A DNA stretch of 64,000 nt. Source: Styela clava (Eukaryota). The notes below the pieces were generated by a model, which ran no database searches, had not been told where the DNA came from, and was given only the letters and a program-made list of their open reading frames with translations. The stretch covers positions 5,642,001 through 5,706,000 of the forward strand of contig NC_135259.1 of NCBI RefSeq assembly GCF_964204865.1. The letters run 5' to 3'. A program made the translations under genes and the position numbers. Below are positions 56,395-64,000 of this stretch, piece by piece. Numbering within the stretch: the stretch's first letter is position 1; each line of letters begins with the position of its first letter.

Positions 56395-57855
56395 GCGCAC
56401 ATGCGTGCTTCTTGCAAAATTCTAAATCTAATCGGATAAAAATGCTCAGCTTTTTAGCTTCTGCTAAAAATCAGAAATAATGTTCAATTTTCGATGTTTG
56501 AATCGGAAAATAATCATTCAAATCTAAATCGTAAGTAGCCACAGGCTTGTGATTATCGCACCAATATTCGACTATTTGAATAAATATACACGGAACACCA
56601 CTCTATTTCGTTGAGTACGGTAAATAGCCTAAAATGACAGGATGAAAAAATAAAACTAAACCTTGCTATAATGACAAAGAGCCATTTTATGTCCTAGAAT
56701 GGCTCAAACAATAACAGAAGCTCTCACTCCGATGTGAGAAATTACCTAGCAAAAAATAGATCTCTGACATCTTGGAGAAATATATAAAAATTTTGTTACA
56801 AAATCCCAAAAAATATCGTTTACGGCAAGAAAATATTTGTCCTAATTATAAATGGGTAAAAGAAATTCGCGAGATTGAAGCAATTTCGTCAGCGAAGAAA
56901 GGTAATCATCGAGGAATAAACAAAATAATAAATATCCTGTCACGCGTTCTTCACCAACATTGTTAACAAAACTGCATGAGTATGTCCTTGGGCTAAAGTG
57001 TGTGTTTGTTGCATATTTTATCAGTAAAAAGTTTGGGAAATGTAATGGTTATAAAATATAGGATTAGGTGAAATTGCGCAAAACCCAACAAACAGATGGG
57101 TTCCTTGGGCTAAAGTGTCGGTTTTTACAGGTTTTATCAGTAAAAATCTCATGAGAGCGGAATGCTTACAAAATATGGCATAACATGGAATGGCACCACA
57201 AGCAAAACTAAACGCAAAATAGCCCAATGTTATTGCAATTGGTTCCGCGTTGAGTTGTTGAGCTTATGCAACATGTCCACTGTTTCATTCGTTGTTTCAA
57301 CTTGCTGAACACCTACATTGATTGATGCGTTATGGTGTTCAATATAAAAATTGATGACATGTTGACGATGCCATTTGTCTGATATTGATATGACATTAGC
57401 ATGATGTTTGAGTAGCAAGTACCACGTGGGTATACTTTTCTAGGTGGTTATTAACTGACGCTTTGTCTGTTGGTGTTTTCAATGACGTGTCGACTGTCTG
57501 TCTCTCTTCGAGTGCCCAGTGCAAAATCAAATTGCATTTTTTCCCAAGAAAATGATCAGAAGATAACGAACGATTTGTCTATATATTCACATAAGGTACA
57601 GGTACACAAAGTCGAAGTCAAGAGTTTTGTGAGAAGAAGAGATCGCAGACGTGTAGTTCGCTGGTAGTGAAGTACAGAACTATATTTATAAGTAATTGTA
57701 GAGGTTAGATTACAAAGAATTAATCGTTAATGAATGCATGATTTTTAACATCCATAATTTCGAATCCATTTTCCGTCATTACAAATGCAGGATGAAGTTT
57801 TGTAACTGAAGCTAATACTGTGTTCACAGTTTCATTTGATAAAACTAAAATTGTT

Positions 57856-58097
57856 GGTACTCCCGAAGTATGTGAACCGAGTTGGTGGGCACCGGAACGT
57901 AGTAGCCTATGTGTAACAGGTTAGGGTTAGGCCATAATTTTAGGTACAATTACTACGGGATTCACTTGGATAGTCTCCGAACTCGTGATAGAACTAAAAT
58001 AAGGAAAATCGGTACAAAGTTATGTCCTAACCCCAACCCGGTACACACACTACGTTCCGGTGTCCGCCATCTTTCGTTCACATACTTCGGGAGTACC
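57856..58097. mobile_element. Intact Merlin-like MITE (242 bp)
   Basis: GGTACTCCCGAAGTATGTGAAC TIRs; TSD AAATTGTT / AATTTGTT (7/8). Confidence 0.85.
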
Positions 58098-59250
58098 AAT
58101 TTGTTTTAGTCGCTGCCGATGGGATTTTATAGATAACCTCCGATATGTTGAAACATTAACTGAATATGAATATTATAGCTGAGACTAAAAGTTTTTCGTA
58201 ATTAAATATTAATACGGTGATTGTTTATGACACAGTATCTTCAACCTAAAACCTGCAAAGCTCTTATTTGTTTTTCATTTGTTAGTCTTTAAAACAGTTT
58301 TTGACAGCAGAATTTTATTTTTATAAAACACATTTTGCTGCTCCTCTAATAGAATGCCCATTGTTCAGTAATTGTTAGGTATATTTTTTTTGCGACTGCG
58401 AAAGCTACAATGACCCTATCATCTGGCCCCAGGCACTTACAAGGCAGTGATTAGCAGATAGAAGCTATTTCGTTTAATCCAGCTGATGTATTTCTGTCAA
58501 AGATTATGGGCGCGTCGTCATGCTCACTACACACGACGTAAACCAAAAGTAAAAAATGTTGTTATTTTATAAAATTTTGAAAATCAGAACAATTAACACT
58601 TTGTCACAATCGACAATTTTTCAGTGTTTTAAACAAAAATAGCTCAAAATGATTTTGTGTTTCGTCTTTACCTTTAAATTAAAGTTGTACAATTATTTTG
58701 GTATTTGAAAAAGGAAATGTCGAAATTTCTCTTTTCTTTTCGAAGCTATGGAAGTTTAAATATATTTAATATATAAAATATATTAATATATATATATATA
58801 TATAACAACTTACAAAACCCTCCGACAAATAGTACTGGTACAACGAACGAAGATGAAATATATTCATGTCTCACCAAAAAGCACGAGAGACAAACTTTTT
58901 GCACTGATATGCAAAATACTAAGCTACTCTATAAATAAACAGACTAAAAATAGTGAGAAAAGAGAAAGGAGATGAACTAAGCAGTTTTGTCAGTAAAGTT
59001 CAGTGAGTCAGTCAATCGGGTACGACATCGCAAAGCAGTATCTTAATTTGAGCAATTAGCTGTCAATCGCTATAAACCATAAATCAGAGTGCCAGAGTAA
59101 AATACGAGCTTGTTCTGTCCAACATATTTGTATTTGTAAGTCTGATGTACCGTTAACGCAATGTTTGCGATTCAGTCCATTAGTAGCGACATTGAACTAA
59201 TTGTGCTAGCATAGTGTTGAAAACATTTTGTAATCGAGATTAGTCTACAG

Positions 59251-60677
59251 CAGGGGTTCTCAAACTTTTGGTGTTGCGGAGCCCTTGGAAAGGTTGACTA
59301 TTATTCACGGAGCCCCAAAATAAACGTAAAAATTGTTACTTTCCGATTAATCTTCCTGAGTAAGTTAAACGTACTTTACTCAATTGAAATACTAAACCCT
59401 TTCAATAGGGTTAATACAAGTCATAAATAAATCTAAATTTCAAAGATAAATTGTATATATTAGGGCTGTAAATTAGGGGTCGATTCTTTTCTCCTCTTGA
59501 CATTTTTGGAAGACTTAAAAGGCCGCTAATAACGTGCGCGATTGCATTTTGTTACAATCGCCGATTGTTTTCGTCAGCATGGCGTGTTTTTACACCTCAA
59601 ACATCTTTACGCCGGTGTTTATTCTCCCTAAATCAAAAATTTCCCTCGGCATATACATGTTTTGTTCCACAATGACGACGATAAATGCTTTTTCGTTCTC
59701 GTGGGGAATTATGAGTTCAATGTGAAAAACATGTTACCATAATATAATCATCGGCGACGAAATACAACAAAATAATAGTTAATAAAGAGGTAAATCCGCA
59801 ATTCAAATTTCTTGATTGAAAAGCGGCGTTCTAAAATATTAGAACTAAAACTTAAAATGGAAGATAACACTATAAGTTTTGTTTCAGCAGACTCACATCA
59901 GAATAAAAACGCTTTTATAGACATTGTAAATCACAAAATTTGGTGTTATGTTAGGTTTTCTTCGGTTATTCATCGTAGTAACTGCGAAATTGAAACACAG
60001 TCAATTAATTATGCGCACGATGTACCATTTTTCCATTCTGAAACTACCTACGGAGCCGCATGCACCAAAATAAATTTTGCCAAGACCTTGTGATTTTTCA
60101 AACGGCGATATCTTGCTTAAAAATAATCTCGAGGCGAAAGAACAAATCAAATTTAACAAATCCCAAGTTCGCAAAAATACGACTCCAATTTATTTATAGT
60201 TGGCAGTTTATCACGCAGTTTATGTTATTTTACAATAGTATTTTTTCATTTCAGTAATCCTAATGGTAGTCTCGAACGTGAGTAACGATGAGCACAATTA
60301 AATTATTGCGACAAGACACTTTAAATGCTCGCAACGGTAATGAATTGAACATTTTACGCAACAGAAATCTCCTTATTCGTTTTTTTTTTAATCGCAAAGA
60401 ATGTTGCGCTGAAATTTCCGATTCCAATTGTGAACCTCCTTCCTCTTAAGAATCCTGGCTGCGCTCCTGCTTATAAATAATGTCATTTTAATTCCGTCAC
60501 TTTGCCATATTTCGAGGCTATATTGTTGTCAAATTTTATCAAAGCTGTTATTGCTTCTAGGAAAAGTTTTGAATTAGCCAAGTCAGTATTTTGAAAAGTA
60601 ATAGAATAGCTCGCGGAGCCCCTGGTTTTCTCTCGCGGAGCCCTGGGGCTCCGTACGGAGCACTTTGAGAACCTATG
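59251..60677. mobile_element. hAT (Charlie-type) non-autonomous element with probable nested insertion
   Basis: CAGGGGTTCTCAAA / TTTGAGAACCTATG, perfect TSD GTCTACAG (59243-50, 60678-85), GCGGAGCCC subterminal motifs. An internal second hAT-like end ATCCTGGCTGCGCTCCTG lies at about 60452-60469. Confidence 0.88.
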
Positions 60678-61125
60678 GTCTACAGTACACTCTACCCTCT
60701 ACAATCTACATCAACAATGTTCAACCCAATCACCTATCACTCGACGTGTATTGGAATACTGGTTGCGCCAGGCGCAGTGATTTCGATACTATTCAGCCCC
60801 ATATATTTTAGTTGGTAAGCAAATGATTTATGCAGTGTTGTTTTGGAGTAAAGATGTTTATTGGACACGAAATGTACATATGAATCGTTTTGTTTTTCTT
60901 GTTTTTCATTTCATTGTTAATACAGTATTTCGCTTCTATGAAAAATCGCTTCTCTTTTTAACTAATGGGCTCATTGCTTTGAAATTTTCATTGGGGGAAG
61001 ATTATATTTTCTACTAGAAGGGTATTACTTTTATTTATTTTAAAAATGTCTGTGGGCTCTATGAAATTCGTTTTGTGTGTGCGATTACGTCATCAAATTA
61101 GAAAATGCGAACGGTGCCTTGAACT

Positions 61126-61636
61126 TAGGGAGGGCGGAATCGAGTCTGGATTCGATTACAGAATCGATTCCCCGCGGAATCGACTAGAATCGATTCCGAT
61201 GCATTGGAATCGATTTTCAAAGTTTAAAACTTGGATTGCAAACAATGTGTAACGTTCTGTGACAAGTCCTCCACATATGTAAACTGCTTTACTGTTATGC
61301 TAAGCTCATACGACACCGCAAACTTCACTATATATATATTTTTTCTTTTTTCTAGAAGCTAGAAGGCTGTTACGTTTATTTGTTTCAAAAATCTCTGTGG
61401 GTTCCGAGGAATTTTTTTTTGTTGTTGCGATTTTGTATACTGTGACAGATTAAATACCCATACTACTTAGTTTTGGCCTTCTTGTCCGCCCATATATTTG
61501 AACATCGCTTGCTTGTTTAATTCCACGTGGTATTGTTAAGTGGGTATGCTTTCTCGGTCGAATATTATGCCGAGGAATCGAGATTCGGAATCGGATAAGA
61601 ATCGAATACTTGTAAGTAGTCATACTTGGCATCCTA
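61126..61636. mobile_element. MITE with GGAATCGA repeats just 5' of the ZnT1 start
   Basis: TAGGGA...CATCCTA termini and several GAATCGATT motifs near both ends. Confidence 0.5.
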
Positions 61637-61869
61637 AGGCCGCCCGTGGTACCGTGACCGCATTTTAGAGATTTCGTGGTCAGATTACCAGTTCTGTAAA
61701 AGATTTATTGCCACTTCGTTTTGGCCTTCGTGTACATATATTTGAGCTTTGCTCTCTTGGAATTCAGACGAGAAAATGCTATTCGGATTTTTTTGTAGAT
61801 GAATTTGTGTTTTTTGATTTCCAGTATATATTTCCAATATATATATATATTTGTAAAATTGCCAGCACA

Positions 61870-63608
61870 ATGGAATACGGAAATAAAGCCCGTCTTATCA
61901 CAATGCTTGTAATGACAGGCTCTTTCTTTTTGGCGGAAATCGTTACGGGATACATGACAAATTCCATGGCACTGGTGGCGGACAGTTTTCACATGTTGTC
62001 GGATGTTTTAAGTATTCTGATCGCTTTTTTAGCTGTTCATTATTCCGGCAAGAAGAGCAAAACGAACACATACGACTGGGCCAGGGCAGAAATCTTGGGA
62101 GCAATGGCAAATGCTGTTTTTCTCATGGCGCTTGTTTTCACAATTGTGGTTGCTGCGATACAGAGGTAGGCCATACATTTTTCTTTTATTATTACTTTTT
62201 TTTTATATTTTGGTTGAAGTTGAGGAGAAGCAGCCACGTGTTTGGAGTCTTGTCCCAACTATAGGCATCGAAGGCTACAATATCGAACTACGAAGGAAAG
62301 AAGTATCACATAGGATAAGATTTTTATATTTCAATCGGTGTAAATGTGAGCAACCATGGCCTTTTGTCCAGTCACCAGGTGACGACTATAACCTAACCAT
62401 AGTATTGATTACTTATGTATATATATACATATACAACCAACTCATATACAAATAGAACCCATGTCATAGCCATATGTGGTCAATCATAGAGTGTGCATAC
62501 ACAAGCAATCGATTTTATATGCGTGTATATATCTTGACTTTATACTTTACCACCAAATTTGCAGATTGATCATAATCGAGCCTATCACACAGCCGTTACT
62601 CGTACTTGGAATTGGAGCTGCCGGACTTGTAATCAATCTCATTGGATTAGTAATTTTCGGTTCACACGGACACGACCATGGTCACTCGCATGGACATTCA
62701 CACGGACATGACCATGGTCATTCGCACGGACATGACCATGGTCATACGCATGGTCACTCTCACAACAGTGCTAAAGATTCTCATGGTAAATCTCCCAGTC
62801 ACGCACACGATGATGACCTCGTGACAGTAACCACCACAATTGCGGAAAATAAGCAAGAAGAAGTCGATAACGCAGGTATATTATGTAAACAAGTTTTATG
62901 AAAAATAACACTGACATTGGGATTATATTTTATATATATGTATAGATATACAAACCAATACACGAACAAAGATTTTGGTTTTCTCTGTATGAGAGGAAAA
63001 TTGATCAAATTTATACCAAAGTCAAATTGATACAAAAGTATCCCCTCAGAAATTTGCTTGCTTTCAGTGGTTGAAGATTGTTGTTGTCCTAGTAAGCTAT
63101 TACATTTATTTATTTCATAACTTTCCGTGGGCTCTTTGGGATTAGTTTCTTCACTTCAATTAAAGTTTTGTTTGATGACGTCATCAAAATTGAAAATTGC
63201 GCACCGTGTGGCTGTTCCGCGATCGCATTTCAGCGATCAGATGGTCAGACTACCGGTACTTTTTAAAAGACCTGATACTACGGTAGGCCTACTTCGTTTT
63301 GGCTCTCGTCCATATAGTTGAGCATGGGTCTCTTGTTTTTTTTTATTTTTCTGAAAAAATAGAGTGTCTGAATCTGGATAATATATTATATGAAAAATAA
63401 ATTCAATACTCCCATAACCTATAAAGCCTTTTCTTTACATTCAAATGATTTAGAAAAAAATAATAATGTTGATCAAACGACAAAGAAGAAAAAGAAAAGC
63501 AAATCTGCTGCTCAGATGAACATGCAAGCTGTGTTTTTACATGTACTTGGAGATGCTCTCGGTTCCGTAGTTGTTATCATCAGTGCTTTGATTATACACT
63601 TTGTTGAA
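61870..63608 (+). CDS. SLC30A1: Cation diffusion facilitator, ZnT1-like zinc exporter (partial; continues beyond window); exons 61870-62165, 62565-62875, 63454-63608
   Basis: FFLAEIVTGY, ADSFHMLSD (TM2), NTYDWARAEILGA, (HX)n loop, QMNMQAVFLHVLGDALGSVVV (TM5). Confidence 0.88.
62664..62763 (+). repeat. Coding tandem repeat for (His-X)17 in the ZnT1 loop
   Basis: HGHDHGHSHGHSHGHDHGHSHGHDHGHTHGHSH, encoded by CACGGACA.GACCATGGTCA..CG units. Confidence 0.9.
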
Positions 63609-64000
63609 GTAAGACGTCGTAAAATGTACTATTTAATTTCAAACCTTGTACATAAGTACTTTCTACTCTTTAAATTGAAGAATCGTGTATGTGAAACTAC
63701 AATATATTCTATATCCGTATTCAGGGATGCAAACAGGGATGATATTTTCTGTCGAACCCGGTCGAGAACAGACTAGAAACTGAAATTACGTGCCAAAGAA
63801 AGCTCTGCGCAAACTAGGCCTCGGTTTCACGCCGAAGCTTGAAGCCGGCGCAGTCGCGCTCTCTCTAGTCATCGAGTAAGATAAGATGAATGAAAATAGG
63901 TCTATAACGTGCGATTTAGAAAGCTCAACGATATGTTATTTTTGGCAAGGAACCTCGGTGTTTCGTTCATATATTCAATAAAACATGTATGTTTAACATA

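Noticed and set aside
61708-61869. N-terminal extension of ZnT1 from the ORF track
   Set aside because: It starts at TTG and crosses acceptor-like and (TA)n sequence; homology begins at the ATG at 61870.

Overview
AT-rich, intron-containing animal genomic DNA. Gene style and repeat content suggest a marine invertebrate, plausibly an ascidian, but this is inference only. Eight protein-coding genes were rebuilt exon by exon: AKR7A-like aldo-keto reductase (-, intronless CDS), NABP/SOSS-B (+), SREK1IP1 (-), a secreted C-type-lectin-domain protein (-), DDX10 (+, 16 coding exons), POFUT2 (+), a GT32/DXD glycosyltransferase (-, with a GC-AG intron) and a ZnT1-like zinc exporter (+, running off the window). 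Intergenic and intronic DNA is dense with transposon relics: a tRNA-derived SINE family, hAT/Charlie, Merlin-like, pogo/Tigger-like and 4-bp-TSD MITEs, and Penelope, CR1/L2, Academ-like, P-like and ISL2EU-like remnants, often nested. The most notable observations are: (1) a 2.75-kb ISL2EU-like THAP+YqaJ element whose two ends are both left arms, inverted and sharing one SINE; (2) clustered TACCGGTA/TACGGTA motifs that look like excision footprints of a CCG-ended pogo-like element; (3) an intronless AKR7A apparently fed by repeated TE-derived first exons; (4) a cluster of metal-response elements upstream of a very His-rich ZnT1; (5) a mutated minimal hammerhead ribozyme in the Penelope 3' region. 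No CRISPR array, rRNA or true tRNA gene was found.
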